Assembly (NCBI GenBank): GCA_963805855.1
Contig: CAWDVW010000007.1
Span: forward strand, 256,001-320,000
From: Candidatus Dadabacteria bacterium
GTDB lineage: Bacteria > Desulfobacterota_D > UBA1144 > Nemesobacterales > CSP1-2
Direction of reading: 5' to 3'
DNA: 64,000 nucleotides
The notes below the pieces were generated by a model. It was given only the letters and a program-made list of their open reading frames with translations. It was not told the origin of the DNA and searched no databases. Shown here in pieces: positions 40,855 to 52,119 of this stretch (its first letter is position 1; the number at the start of each line of letters is the position of its first letter). The translations under genes were made by a program, and so were the position numbers.

Positions 40855-41871
40855 GTGAATAACGCCTTTTCGGTTTATAAAGATTATGAAGTCATTGTTT
40901 TAGGTGCTGGTGTATCGGGCTTGACATGCGGCATTCAATTATTGGAAAGGCGATTCAGGGTGCAAATAATCTCCCATTGTGTGCCGCCGCATACCACCTC
41001 TGACATAGCCCCTGCCTATTGGAGCCCTTTTAGGGTATATCCGGGAGGAAGGGTCCTCAATGGGGTAAATATTCATATGAGAAATTTATCAATTTAACTG
41101 CAGAGAACGGTGCCGGAGTTTCTCTAGTTCAATTAATGGAGCTTTATGATCATGAGGTGGCTAATCCTTGGTGGGAAAAGGCGGTACCCGAGTGTGTTCG
41201 CGCAAGTCAGAGTGAGGTTCCTATGGGATTTAAAGATGCATGTCTTGTTGAGGTTCCGCTGATAGAGACTCCGATCTATATGAAATATCTTGTAAGGAGA
41301 TTCAATCACCTAGGGGGGGAAATCCATAAATTGGATAAAAGAATAACTTCAATAAAAGATTTGTATGCAGAGGATGTAGTAATTGTAAATTGCTCAGGTC
41401 TTGGAGCATATGAGGTTTGTGATGATAAAGATGTGTATCCTATTCGTGGACAAATAGTGAGAACAACAAACCCCGGGCTAAGACGTTGCTATCATTACGA
41501 GAGTGCCAAAAATGAAATAACCTACATAGTTCCCAGAACTGAGGATTGCATCCTGGGTGGAACAGCTGAGGAACATAATTGAACTACCGAAATAGAAAAA
41601 CAAACAGCAAAAAAAATACTTCATAATTGCCGGAAAATAGAACCCTCTCTTCATGATGCAAAGGTTTTCGAAAACAGGGTTGGATTGCGCCCCGGTCCGT
41701 AATGAAGTTCGACTCGAAATTGAGAAGGTGTCAAATACAAGTGCAGTAATCCATAATTATGGTCATGGAGGGGCTGGATTTTCATTATCATGGGGATGTG
41801 CGGAGGAGGTAGCCGGATTAGTTGAGCAATTTTCTACTGAAGAGATTAAATCAATTCGGGACAGATATTGA
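40855..41871 (+). pseudogene. D-amino-acid oxidase family FAD oxidoreductase, disrupted
   Basis: VLGAGVSGLT, TTSD.A.A.W, VNCSGLGA, PIRGQ, GLRP, IHNYGHGGAG.SLSWG; frameshift ~41060, TGA at 41580, frameshift ~41690. Confidence 0.88.
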
Positions 41872-41875
41872 GTGT

Positions 41876-43579
41876 TTATCCTTTAAACACTTTTTCATCG
41901 GCTTTGATAAAAGCATTTTTAAAGAGGTGTCTTTTTACTTTTCTTGTTGTCGTTTTTGGGAACTCTTCGAATCTAATTGCAAAATTGCTTATCCTTTTAT
42001 ATGCCTCAAGATCATGATTCATCCTTCTTATCTCGACCTTGATAAGCTCCCAAACATTTTCGTCTGATACTACCAGTCCCGTGGCTTCCAATCTACTACT
42101 CACCTGATCAAAGTCCGGATATATCAAGGCCTGAATGGTCTTGTCATCGGGGCTGAATACCAGCGCTTCTTCAATGTAGTTTGATTTTGTGAGCCTTTCC
42201 TCAAGCTCTTCAGGGGATAAGTTTTTACCTCCGGGGGTTACTATCAGGAATTTTTTTCTACCGGTTATGTAGAGATATCCTTCATCGTCAAAGAATCCGA
42301 TATCTCCTGTATATAGCCACCCGTCTGGTGTCAGGACTTCACTCGTCGCATTTTCGTTCTTGTAGTAGCCCTTCATTATATTGGGGCCACTCACAACAAT
42401 CTCACCATTTCCATCATCGTCCATATCTCTTATTTCGACCTCATCACTTTCTATAATCATTCCAACGCTGTCGTTTTTTGGCTTTGACGGAGGGTTCACA
42501 CTTACAAGAGGAGAAGTCTCGGATAATCCATAGCCCTGAACGATCGGAAATCCAAATTGCTCAAGCCCTCTCGAGACCCAGGAGGGAAGAGATGCACCAC
42601 CACAAATTATTAATTTAATTTTTTCAAGTCCTAATCGTCTCTTTATCTTATTCCCGGCAATCTTTTTTGGTAGGGCTCTTATGAGAATCCCTTTAAGGCC
42701 TACAGTGCTGGAAATTTCTTTATCTATCCTAAGAAAGAGCTTTTCCAAAATCAGCGGGGCGCTTAACCACATGGTGGGAGATGCTACATATAAATCTTCA
42801 AGCATTTCTCTTGGCTTTACGCTTCTGGCATAGAACACACTTGATCCGTTATAGAAAGAGCCTAAAAGCCCACAAGTGCACTCGTAAGAATGATGCAGTG
42901 GGAGAACGGAGAAAGCCCTGTCATCGGGACTTAAGTCAAGAATTTTATACATGTCTTCTACGTTTGACATGACGTTTTTGTGTGTCAGCATCACGCCTTT
43001 TGGGTTACCGGTAGTCCCTGAGGTAAATAGTATTTCAGAAAGCTCCTGCTCCGAAATACTCTTCCTTTCAACGCCCCAAGAATACTTGCTATATATATCG
43101 TCGAAGGTGTCCATCATAATCATGTGTTTCAATCCTTCGAGTTCTTCAAGCATTGGTCGTACATTAGGCAGATAAGGGGCCGATAAAAAAATCGCCTTTG
43201 CTTCTGAATAGCCCAGGATGAACTTATGGCTTTCTATGGATGCTCTTGGATCGAGTGGAACGGCGGTTCCACCAATCCAGGATATTGTTAAGTACGATAT
43301 GCCCCATTCAGGCCTGTTCTCCCCCAGAATTGCGATTTTGTCGCCCTTACCGATACCTAAATCTTTTAGATGTCTGCCGATACGTTTTACATATTCCAGT
43401 ACCTCCCCGTAACTTAATTTATGTATATTGTTGTTTCTTGGCGTTAAATATGCTGTTTTGTCTCCGTACCTATCTACACTATTTTCGATCATTTCGGGTA
43501 TTGATTTGATTCCGTAAGGGCTTCTTACCGTGTGTATTTTTCTGATTGGCTTATTAAATTTCTTCATAATGAATGGCAA
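41876..43579 (-). CDS. Long-chain fatty acid--CoA ligase
   Basis: FTSGTTGNPKGVMLTH, QGYGLSETSP, TGDIG, ITGRKK. Confidence 0.92.
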   Translation of the reverse strand: MPFIMKKFNKPIRKIHTVRSPYGIKSIPEMIENSVDRYGDKTAYLTPRNNNIHKLSYGEVLEYVKRIGRHLKDLGIGKGDKIAILGENRPEWGISYLTISWIGGTAVPLDPRASIESHKFILGYSEAKAIFLSAPYLPNVRPMLEELEGLKHMIMMDTFDDIYSKYSWGVERKSISEQELSEILFTSGTTGNPKGVMLTHKNVMSNVEDMYKILDLSPDDRAFSVLPLHHSYECTCGLLGSFYNGSSVFYARSVKPREMLEDLYVASPTMWLSAPLILEKLFLRIDKEISSTVGLKGILIRALPKKIAGNKIKRRLGLEKIKLIICGGASLPSWVSRGLEQFGFPIVQGYGLSETSPLVSVNPPSKPKNDSVGMIIESDEVEIRDMDDDGNGEIVVSGPNIMKGYYKNENATSEVLTPDGWLYTGDIGFFDDEGYLYITGRKKFLIVTPGGKNLSPEELEERLTKSNYIEEALVFSPDDKTIQALIYPDFDQVSSRLEATGLVVSDENVWELIKVEIRRMNHDLEAYKRISNFAIRFEEFPKTTTRKVKRHLFKNAFIKADEKVFKG

Positions 43580-43771
43580 GGCTATATAGAACCAGCATTT
43601 TTTTTAAATAACTTCCGAAGAAGGGTTTTTTAATAGCTGATTTTCAGATAATTAATAAAATCTTTGCATACGTTAATTATCATACTCCTCGGGCTAAGAG
43701 AATATTTATTAAATCTTAATCAAATAATCTTCGTTTGAGAAATAATCATACAGTGTTTAGAATAAGAGGAA

Positions 43772-44854
43772 ATGCCGCTATTCGCACTCATAATGGCAGG
43801 TGGGGAGGGAAAAAGATTTTGGCCTCTGAGCCGGAAGGACAAGCCCAAGCAGTTTCTCAGTCTGATTGGACGAAAATCACTCTTAAGCCAAACCGTTGAG
43901 AGGATTCTCCCATTAATTCCTATTCAAAATATATTTGTGGTCACCGTAGAACGTTATGTTGAAGAAACCCGCACGCATCTACCTGGATTGCCTGCCGAGA
44001 ACATTATCATCGAACCCGAAGGGAAGAATACGGGTCCCTGCATAGCGCTGGGTACTCTTAAGATAAAAAAAATCTCCCCCGATTCTACGATAGTTGTGCT
44101 ACCCGCCGATCATGGGATAGCTGACGATAAGAGTTTTAGAAATGTTATTGAATACGGGCAAAGCATAGCAAACACCATGCTTGCTTCTAACGATTACCCG
44201 CTTGTGACTCTTGGCGTTAAGCCTAGCAAGCCTGAAACAGGGTATGGGTATATAAAGGAATCGACCGAATTAATAGACTCGTCCGGGCGTTATAAAGCCA
44301 AGAGAATTTTGAAGTTTATTGAAAAACCAGATTTAAAAACGGCATCTGATCTGATAAATGAAGGTGGTTATTATTGGAATAGCGGTATATTCATTTGGAA
44401 GACTACGGCTATATTAAAGGAATTCTCTGTGATCCTTCCGGAGTGGTATAGCTATTTTGACCGTATTCTAGACTCTTTTGATAACGAAAATGGTAGCCTT
44501 CTGATTCAGGATTTCTATGGAAACATACAATCCGGCTCGATCGATAAGCTTGTACTTGAGAAGTCAGGAAATAGTGTTGTAATACCTATAGATTTTTCAT
44601 GGAGTGATGTTGGCACCTGGCAGGCCCTGGATGAGTTCCTTAGATCAAATGAAACGGAAAACATCGGCATCGGAAATTGCATTTCATTTGATTCCGCTTC
44701 TTGCCTCTTATTTGCGCAAAGCAGGTTGATTGCCACGGTGGGCGTCAAAAATCTGGTTATAGTAGAAACCGATGACGCAATCCTGGTCTTGGATAAGAAT
44801 AAGGCTCAGGATGTCAAAAGCTTGGTGGCGAAATTAGATATAAAAAACGTTTAA
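43772..44854 (+). CDS. manC: Mannose-1-phosphate guanylyltransferase
   Basis: IMAGGEGKRFWPLSR..KPKQF, PADH, ETGYGYI, F.EKP, WNSGIF, WSDVG.W. Confidence 0.93.
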   Translation: MPLFALIMAGGEGKRFWPLSRKDKPKQFLSLIGRKSLLSQTVERILPLIPIQNIFVVTVERYVEETRTHLPGLPAENIIIEPEGKNTGPCIALGTLKIKKISPDSTIVVLPADHGIADDKSFRNVIEYGQSIANTMLASNDYPLVTLGVKPSKPETGYGYIKESTELIDSSGRYKAKRILKFIEKPDLKTASDLINEGGYYWNSGIFIWKTTAILKEFSVILPEWYSYFDRILDSFDNENGSLLIQDFYGNIQSGSIDKLVLEKSGNSVVIPIDFSWSDVGTWQALDEFLRSNETENIGIGNCISFDSASCLLFAQSRLIATVGVKNLVIVETDDAILVLDKNKAQDVKSLVAKLDIKNV

Positions 44855-45088
44855 GGTAAGGGAGTTAATTGCAAATTCGCGATTAGTTCCCTAAAATATT
44901 CAGTATTATGTCAGGAGTAGAATGTAAGAAGCAACATGAATTATGCAGTTTATCTGAATCTTATTAAGTTGTAATATTGATCACAGCCTTGCGAAATTCA
45001 TTTCCTAAGCGTGTCTTCTATAAAGGGCATCTAAAAAATTGAGTTATTTAACGTAGCGATTGCTTCACCATTCTTGGCTTAAAAGAGC

Positions 45089-45706
45089 ATGAAAAAAGGA
45101 CAGCTATTTATTGTCTCTGGACCCTCAGGCAGTGGAAAGACGACTCTGTCAAAAAAGGTAATCCAGGAAATTAGCAATATAACCTTCGTGGTCTCCTATA
45201 CTACTAGGGAACCCAGACTAGGTGAAAGAGATGGTGTTGATTACAAATTTATTTCAGATAAAGAGTTTGATGACTTAATAGCGAACAGAAGATTATCTGA
45301 ATGGGCGATTGTGCATGGGCATCGCTACGGTACCCCTGTTGACCCAATCGACGAAGCCGCATCATCGGGTATCGATCTTCTTTTAGACATAGATGTACAG
45401 GGGGCCCGAAATATTAGAGCTAAGTATAGTGACGGTGTGTATATTTTTGTCTTACCATCGTCTCTTGATATTTTAAGAAAGAGGTTAATGGAGAGAAAAT
45501 CTGAAGGAGTGATTGAAATTGATGCCAGGCTCGAGGATGCTAGAAAAGAAATACAAGAAGTCGACAATTATGATTATATTATTATAAATGACTTTTTAGC
45601 AGATGCGTCAGAGAAACTTGCCGCGATTATACTTTCTGAGAGATGCAGGAAGGAAAGAGTTTTAAGGGACTCAAAATTAGGATTCTACGAGAAAAGAAGT
45701 GATTAG
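45089..45706 (+). CDS. gmk: Guanylate kinase
   Basis: SGPSGSGKTT, TTREPR.GE.DGVDY.F, YGT, DIDVQGA. Confidence 0.96.
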   Translation: MKKGQLFIVSGPSGSGKTTLSKKVIQEISNITFVVSYTTREPRLGERDGVDYKFISDKEFDDLIANRRLSEWAIVHGHRYGTPVDPIDEAASSGIDLLLDIDVQGARNIRAKYSDGVYIFVLPSSLDILRKRLMERKSEGVIEIDARLEDARKEIQEVDNYDYIIINDFLADASEKLAAIILSERCRKERVLRDSKLGFYEKRSD

Positions 45707-47861
45707 ATTAAATGATATAGTTGAAAAACTGAATTCTTATCTATACCTGCCTGAAAATGACAGGGAGTTTATCAAGAAGGCATACGTCTATTCGGCAAAG
45801 GTTCATGCTGGTCAAAAGAGGAGCTCGGGTGAACCATATCTGAGTCATCCACTTGAAGTAACCGGGATTATAGCGGATATGAAGCTTGATGTCTCATCTG
45901 TGGTAACGGGGCTGCTGCATGATACCGTTGAGGATACGCTTACTACCCTTAACGAAATAGAATCCTTATTTGGCAAAGATATCGCCTTTCTTGTAGACGG
46001 CGTTACAAAGATTAGCCAGCTTCCGTACACCTCTAAGATAGATGAACAGGCGGAGAGTTTCAGGAAATTGATCCTGGCGACGGCAAAAGATATTCGGGTC
46101 GTGCTTATCAAACTTGCCGACAGACTTCACAATATGCGCACTTTAGAACATTTGCCGGATGATCGTCGGAAAAGGATAGCTAAAGAAACGTTTGAAATTT
46201 ATGCTCCATTGGCTCATAGGTTTGGCATCTACTGGGTTAGAACCGAGCTCGAAGATCTGTCCTTCAAGTTTCTGAATCCTGATGAGTATGAAAGGATTTC
46301 CAAACAAATCGACGAGAAAAAGAAGGAGTGGGAGACATATGTTGATGAGGTTAAAAACATACTCATTGCTAAACTCGAAGAGTTCGGGATTAAGGCTGAG
46401 ATTACAGGAAGGTTTAAGCATATTTATGGAATTTTTAATAAAATGAGGGTGCAGAATATCGATTTAGAAAAGGTTTATGATGTAATAGCCTTCCGTCTGA
46501 TCACAGACTCGTTAAGGGATTGCTATGAAGCATTGGGAGCGGTTCATTCCACGTGGAAACCGGTACCGGGAAGATTCAAGGATTTTATTGCCTTGCCTAA
46601 GGTAAATGGATATCAAGCTCTCCACACGACCGTTATTGGTCCCACCGGCGAAAGGATGGAGATACAGATCAGAACGCGGCGTATGCACCAAGTAGCTGAA
46701 TACGGCGTTGCTGCGCATTGGAAATATAAAGAGGGCAAAATCGAAAGCGACGACAGTTATAACCTATACGGAACCCTGAGACAGCTATTAGAATGGAAAG
46801 ACATCAAGGATCCAAATGAATTTTTGGAAGCCATAAAGGGCGAACTTATCTCTCATGGGGTCTATGCATTTACCCCGAAGGGAGATTTGAAGGAGCTTCC
46901 GGTTGGGGCAACTCCTGTTGATTTTGCCTACTCTATTCATACAGAGATCGGCAACAAATGCACCAGAGCTGTCGTTAATGGGAAACTGGTGCCCCTGGAT
47001 TACAGATTAAAGAGCGGGGATACGGTTGAAATTGTCACGTCCCCGGAGAAGCACCCAACCCGGGATTGGCTCAAGTTTGTCTCATCGTCACGCGCAAAAA
47101 ACAAAATTCGGTCATGGCTTAGGAATGAGGAAACTAAACAGTCTCGACTTGTTGGTAAATCAATTAGTGAAAGAAAATTCAAGCAGCATGGTCTCGATTT
47201 TCAAAAAATGCTGAAAAATGGAGAACTCAGTGACGCGCTCTCAGAACTCACATTTAAAGAGGTCGAGGATTTCTTTCTTGCCGTTGGTTTTGGAAAAGTT
47301 TCCGTGGCTGATCTCCTTAAACGCTTAGATACAAAGGTTAAGTTGGAACAGCCGCCCGACAAGGAATCCAGAATTGATAGAATAATTAAAACGATTACAC
47401 GTTCTACAGACGGTGGTGTTTTAGTTAAGGGGTACGATGACGTTATGATAAAATTTGCCCTATGTTGCTCACCCCTGCCCGGAGAGGAGATCCTTGGGTA
47501 TATAACTAGGGGTCGGGGTATTACCATTCATAAGCATGACTGCTCGCAGCTCCTCGACGTTGATCCGGTGAGAAGGATCGAGGTTGAGTGGGATAGGAGC
47601 TACAAGGGATTTCGACCCGCGAAAATCTTGGTGACTTGCAGTGATCGCCCTGGTATGTTATCTAATATCACAAACTCAATTTCCACCTCTGATATCAACA
47701 TCTCGAGAGCCGAAATGCACTCAACCGATGTCGATAGTGCTATTGGGACGTTTGATATAGTCGTATCGGACCTTCATCAACTCGAGAGTGTCATGAAATC
47801 TATAAAGAAAGTTAAAGGCGTAATTTCAGTGGAGAGGATAGTTGGAGGCGATGAACTTTGA
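45699..47861 (+). CDS. relA: Long RSH (p)ppGpp synthetase/hydrolase
   Basis: Intact HD motif (LLHDTVED), KLADRLHNMRTL, NGYQALHT, EIQIRT, TGS and ACT domains. Confidence 0.95.
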   Translation: MIRLNDIVEKLNSYLYLPENDREFIKKAYVYSAKVHAGQKRSSGEPYLSHPLEVTGIIADMKLDVSSVVTGLLHDTVEDTLTTLNEIESLFGKDIAFLVDGVTKISQLPYTSKIDEQAESFRKLILATAKDIRVVLIKLADRLHNMRTLEHLPDDRRKRIAKETFEIYAPLAHRFGIYWVRTELEDLSFKFLNPDEYERISKQIDEKKKEWETYVDEVKNILIAKLEEFGIKAEITGRFKHIYGIFNKMRVQNIDLEKVYDVIAFRLITDSLRDCYEALGAVHSTWKPVPGRFKDFIALPKVNGYQALHTTVIGPTGERMEIQIRTRRMHQVAEYGVAAHWKYKEGKIESDDSYNLYGTLRQLLEWKDIKDPNEFLEAIKGELISHGVYAFTPKGDLKELPVGATPVDFAYSIHTEIGNKCTRAVVNGKLVPLDYRLKSGDTVEIVTSPEKHPTRDWLKFVSSSRAKNKIRSWLRNEETKQSRLVGKSISERKFKQHGLDFQKMLKNGELSDALSELTFKEVEDFFLAVGFGKVSVADLLKRLDTKVKLEQPPDKESRIDRIIKTITRSTDGGVLVKGYDDVMIKFALCCSPLPGEEILGYITRGRGITIHKHDCSQLLDVDPVRRIEVEWDRSYKGFRPAKILVTCSDRPGMLSNITNSISTSDINISRAEMHSTDVDSAIGTFDIVVSDLHQLESVMKSIKKVKGVISVERIVGGDEL

Positions 47862-47942
47862 GGATGATGATATAATGTTGGTTGGCATGATCCGCTTAGT
47901 ATTGAAACCATAAACTTACCTATATATACTCAATGTCTTTAG

Positions 47943-48872
47943 ATGATTAATTTTTGGTCGAGAGAGTACAGGGTTAGAAGAAAGGCGAGGCAAGTATATT
48001 CTGAAACAAAGAATCTGTATGAGAATAACATGCCAAAGCTTCAACCTGAAATTGCGCGACGTATTAAAGAGAACCTTGGCCGGACAGAGCTTGCCATCAG
48101 TAATGGTAATGTATCAGAGATTAAGTTAAGGACCGACGAGCTTGCGAGCGTAAATAAGGAGCATCTATCAAAGTTTGGAAAGTCAAAATTAAGGCAGAAT
48201 GTCGAGGCACTGCTATTTGCAGTTGTTCTGGCATTAATTATCAGAACATTTATAGTACAGCCGTTTAAAATTCCATCCGGCTCTATGATACCCACTCTCC
48301 TTGTTGGTGACCATCTCTTGGTGAGTAAATTCATGTATGGGACCAAGATCCCCTTTTCAGATAAAGTAGTTTTACCCCTGAGGGGAATAAAACATGGCGA
48401 TGTAATAGTTTTCAGGTATCCAAACAATGAACATGATCCATCGAAGTCTGGCCTCCATTATATAAAGCGGGTGGTTGGTCTCCCTGGCGACAAGATTGAT
48501 GTAGATGGGAGGAACGTGATAATCAATGGAGAGGAAGTGCCTCTTACCTACGTGGGTAATTACCAGGACGAAAGATTTGGAACTACATATGACAAATATC
48601 AAGAAGATCTACTTGGTAAAAAACATATCGTGATATATGAGAAGGGACGCGATTATACTCAAAGGGGTAATCTACCTGTGGTAGTGCCTCCGGGGCATGT
48701 GTTTGTCATGGGCGACAATAGGGATAATAGTCAGGACAGTAGGTTCTGGGGATTCGTTCCTATTCATAACATCGAAGGTGACGCTTTTATAACGCACTGG
48801 TCTTGGGATTTCGATAGTAACAGCTTTTTGAACAAGGTTAGATGGGACAGGATATTCTCCCTAATAAAATAG
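47943..48872 (+). CDS. lepB: Signal peptidase I with N-terminal extension
   Basis: IPSGSM.PTLLVGD, YIKRVVGLPGD, MGDNRDNSQDSRFWG. Confidence 0.94.
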   Translation: MINFWSREYRVRRKARQVYSETKNLYENNMPKLQPEIARRIKENLGRTELAISNGNVSEIKLRTDELASVNKEHLSKFGKSKLRQNVEALLFAVVLALIIRTFIVQPFKIPSGSMIPTLLVGDHLLVSKFMYGTKIPFSDKVVLPLRGIKHGDVIVFRYPNNEHDPSKSGLHYIKRVVGLPGDKIDVDGRNVIINGEEVPLTYVGNYQDERFGTTYDKYQEDLLGKKHIVIYEKGRDYTQRGNLPVVVPPGHVFVMGDNRDNSQDSRFWGFVPIHNIEGDAFITHWSWDFDSNSFLNKVRWDRIFSLIK

Positions 48873-48913
48873 GCAAACTATGGATATCATGATCTTGCTG
48901 GAGGACAAATAAC

Positions 48914-49264
48914 ATGAGTATTAAACTTATGTTCTGGCTTTTGGTGATCGTTATTGCTCTTTACGTAGGATTCAAGGTAGTTCCCATATACTATAGGGGT
49001 GTTATAGGCTTAAGGGGGTTGTGCAAGGAAAATGCAGATGTTTATCATAAGTATGGACCTAAATATATCTCAAACGCACTTAACGAACAGCTCACCCGAG
49101 CGGGCATACCACCCGGTAAAGGGAAATACTCCATAACCCGCACAGAAAACGCTGTAGTAATTACAATAACATACCATGATAGAGCAGATTTCTTTGGTCG
49201 GTATAGAAAGGATTTTGATTTCCGCTATAAATGTGAAGGGGTCCTCGGAAGCGTTTACAATTAG
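48914..49264 (+). CDS. Small membrane-anchored protein (DUF4845-like)
   Basis: N-terminal TM ..YVGFKVVP.Y; directly after lepB; GGAGG RBS. Confidence 0.6.
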   Translation: MSIKLMFWLLVIVIALYVGFKVVPIYYRGVIGLRGLCKENADVYHKYGPKYISNALNEQLTRAGIPPGKGKYSITRTENAVVITITYHDRADFFGRYRKDFDFRYKCEGVLGSVYN

Positions 49265-49273
49265 TAATAGATA

Positions 49274-49807
49274 ATGGCTAAAAAAGTTATTATGGATTCG
49301 GAGACAATTGCTCAAACTGTTTCCCGAATTACGGATGAAATAATTTCTAGGAATCGCGATTCCGGACAATTAGTCGTTGTTGGAATTAGGACCCGTGGAA
49401 TATATCTAGCCCAGAGATTAGCCGAACAGGTCAGGAGTGTAACTGGTATAAAACCGCCTTTAGGTACTCTTGATATAAGTCTTTATAGGGACGACCTGCA
49501 GATTAAACGCGAGTGGCCCGAGTTAAAGAAAACGGACATACCTTTCACAATAGATCGAAAGACCGTTATCCTGGTCGATGATGTTATTTTCACCGGGAGA
49601 ACATCTAGGGCAGCAATTGAAGCCATCATGGATTTTGGTAGGCCTTCTTCCATTCAGCTTGCTGTTCTTGTGGATAGGGGCCATAGAGAATTACCGATAC
49701 AGCCGGACTACGTAGGGAATAGAATCAATACAAATAAGGATGAGAAAGTTAAGGTTCTCCTCGATGAAACTGACGGGAAGGACGAAGTGCTAGTAAATAA
49801 AGGGTAA
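49274..49807 (+). CDS. pyrR: Pyrimidine operon regulator / uracil PRTase
   Basis: [36 protein letters not shown]. Confidence 0.96.
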   Translation: MAKKVIMDSETIAQTVSRITDEIISRNRDSGQLVVVGIRTRGIYLAQRLAEQVRSVTGIKPPLGTLDISLYRDDLQIKREWPELKKTDIPFTIDRKTVILVDDVIFTGRTSRAAIEAIMDFGRPSSIQLAVLVDRGHRELPIQPDYVGNRINTNKDEKVKVLLDETDGKDEVLVNKG

Positions 49808-49809
49808 AA

Positions 49810-50739
49810 ATGGGTTTCCATAGAAAGCACATCTTGGGGCTCGAAGAACTCACGGCAGAAGAGATCAATACTATTCTCGATACGGCTGCGTCCATGAAAG
49901 AGGTTTCAGAGCGTGATGTTAAAAAGGTACCTGCTCTCAAGGGTTTAACGGTCGTCAATCTTTTTTTTGAGCCTAGCACTAGGACGAGATCGTCTTTTGA
50001 GATTGCCGAGAAAAGGCTCAGCGCCGATGTCTTAAACTTTACACCTGATCAGAGCAGCGTTGTGAAAGGGGAAACCCTGCTCGACACTGCCAGAAACCTC
50101 GAAGCGATGGGAGCTGGCATAATTGTGATCAGGCACTCAATGTCAGGCGCACCGTGGCTACTGGCTAGAGAACTTAAATCATCAATAATAAATGCTGGAG
50201 ATGGTTCCCATGAGCATCCAAGCCAAGCATTACTAGATTTATTTACAATTAAGCGAATAAGAGGAGATATAAGAGGGCTTCGAGTGGTAATAGTAGGTGA
50301 TATCAGGCACAGCAGGGTCGCTAGGTCGGACATTTGGGGTTTTCTAAAGCTTGGAGCCGAGGTAAGAGTTGTTGGTCCCCCAACGCTAATCCCAAAGGAG
50401 ATAGAGGACATTGATGTAAGGGTATTTTACAAACTTGAAGAAGCTCTAAAAGATGCGGATGTCGTAATCATGCTTCGTATTCAAAAAGAGAGACAGGAGT
50501 CAATGTTCTTTCCTTCCCTCAGGGAATATTCGAAGTTGCATGGCCTTAGTCACGAGAAGTTGAAACAAGCAAATGATAAAGTAATTGTGATGCACCCGGG
50601 ACCGATAAACAGGGGGGTCGAATTATCTTCAGAGGTGGCTGACGATGTGAATTCGGTAATTTTAGATCAGGTGTCAAATGGAATTGCTGTCAGAATGGCA
50701 ATGCTTTACCTTGTGGCTTCCGGGGGAAGAAACGTATGA
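49810..50739 (+). CDS. pyrB: Aspartate carbamoyltransferase catalytic subunit
   Basis: [38 protein letters not shown]. Confidence 0.97.
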   Translation: MGFHRKHILGLEELTAEEINTILDTAASMKEVSERDVKKVPALKGLTVVNLFFEPSTRTRSSFEIAEKRLSADVLNFTPDQSSVVKGETLLDTARNLEAMGAGIIVIRHSMSGAPWLLARELKSSIINAGDGSHEHPSQALLDLFTIKRIRGDIRGLRVVIVGDIRHSRVARSDIWGFLKLGAEVRVVGPPTLIPKEIEDIDVRVFYKLEEALKDADVVIMLRIQKERQESMFFPSLREYSKLHGLSHEKLKQANDKVIVMHPGPINRGVELSSEVADDVNSVILDQVSNGIAVRMAMLYLVASGGRNV

Positions 50740-52019
50740 AGATACTTTTAAAAGCAGGGCGCATCATCGATCCTTCCGAGAAACTTGATATAGTTGGAAA
50801 CCTACTTATAGAGGACGGTAAAATAAGGGGTTACCCGTCAGAAACCAAAACAATTGAAAAAGATAAGAAGGTTAAAATAATCGATGCTTCGGGGAAAACT
50901 GTTTCGCCTGGATTTGTAGACCTCCATGTGCATATGAGAGAGCCTGGTTTTGAGCACAAAGAAACCATTATGACCGTTTGCGAAGCCGGAGCCGCTGGAG
51001 GGTTTACTTCGTTAGTATGTATGCCGAACACTAATCCGGTTAATGATAACGCAACCGTAACGGAATACATTCTGCTCAAAGCTCGGAAGGAGGGAATAGT
51101 GAACGTATTCCCCATTGGAGCTATTACAAAGGGCGAGGCTGGAGAATCTCTGGCGCAGATTGGTGAGATGTATGAGGCTGGTTGTGTCGCAATCTCGGAT
51201 GACGGGTTTCCGGTCATGAACTCAAGAGTTATGAGGCATGCAATGGAATATGTAAAGGCGTTTGATATTCCAGTAATTTCACATGCTGAGGATTTAAACC
51301 TTTCTGGTGGCGGAGTTATGAATGAGGGACACGTTTCTAATAAGCTTGGCCTTAGAGGAATACCAAATGCGTCTGAGGAAATAATGGTTGCCAGAGATAT
51401 CACCCTGGCGAAGCTTACAGGGGCTCGCCTTCATATCGCTCATGTTTCCGCCGCTGGTTCGGTTCAGCTTATAAGAGATGCGAAAGCTAGAGGAGTTAAA
51501 GTTACGGCGGAGGCTACCCCACACCATTTTATGTTAACTGATGAAGCTATTCTTGACTATGATACAAATGCTAAGGTTAATCCTCCAATTAGGGCCAAGG
51601 AGGATGTTGATGCGATAAGAGAAGGTTTAAAGGATGGCACCATAGATGTGATAGCGACTGATCATGCCCCTCATACTGAAGATGAGAAAAAGGTAGAGTT
51701 TGATCTTGCGCCCTTCGGTATTTCAGGACTTGAGACGGCTCTGCCGCTATCTTTAAAACTTGTCGAAGAAGATGTTTTGAGTCTACCCGAAGTGATTCAG
51801 AAACTCGCATTTAACCCGGCTCAAATAGTAAAGATTGGGAGGGGGACGTTGAAAGTTGGCTCTGTGGCTGATGTTGTGATTTTTGACCCGGATAACGTTT
51901 TTATCGTTGATAGAATGAAATTTCGTTCTAAAGGAAAAAATTCTCCCTTCCATGGATGGAGGCTATCCGGTCGTGTTGAATACACAATTGTTGGCGGAAA
52001 GGTAGTGTATACATCCTAG
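50736..52019 (+). CDS. pyrC: Dihydroorotase
   Basis: [28 protein letters not shown]. Confidence 0.96.
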   Translation: MKILLKAGRIIDPSEKLDIVGNLLIEDGKIRGYPSETKTIEKDKKVKIIDASGKTVSPGFVDLHVHMREPGFEHKETIMTVCEAGAAGGFTSLVCMPNTNPVNDNATVTEYILLKARKEGIVNVFPIGAITKGEAGESLAQIGEMYEAGCVAISDDGFPVMNSRVMRHAMEYVKAFDIPVISHAEDLNLSGGGVMNEGHVSNKLGLRGIPNASEEIMVARDITLAKLTGARLHIAHVSAAGSVQLIRDAKARGVKVTAEATPHHFMLTDEAILDYDTNAKVNPPIRAKEDVDAIREGLKDGTIDVIATDHAPHTEDEKKVEFDLAPFGISGLETALPLSLKLVEEDVLSLPEVIQKLAFNPAQIVKIGRGTLKVGSVADVVIFDPDNVFIVDRMKFRSKGKNSPFHGWRLSGRVEYTIVGGKVVYTS

Positions 52020-52119
52020 TATTTCCAACTTCCAGTCATAACTTTTATAACCATATTATATTTCCCTCTTCAATATTGTCTTAACTACGAAATTCCCTAC
52101 AGTTTGCTACGAGGGTACC

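Noticed and set aside
41580-41582. Recoded TGA (Sec or Trp) in the oxidase
   Set aside because: The gene has two additional frameshifts, and TGA is a normal stop in many genes here
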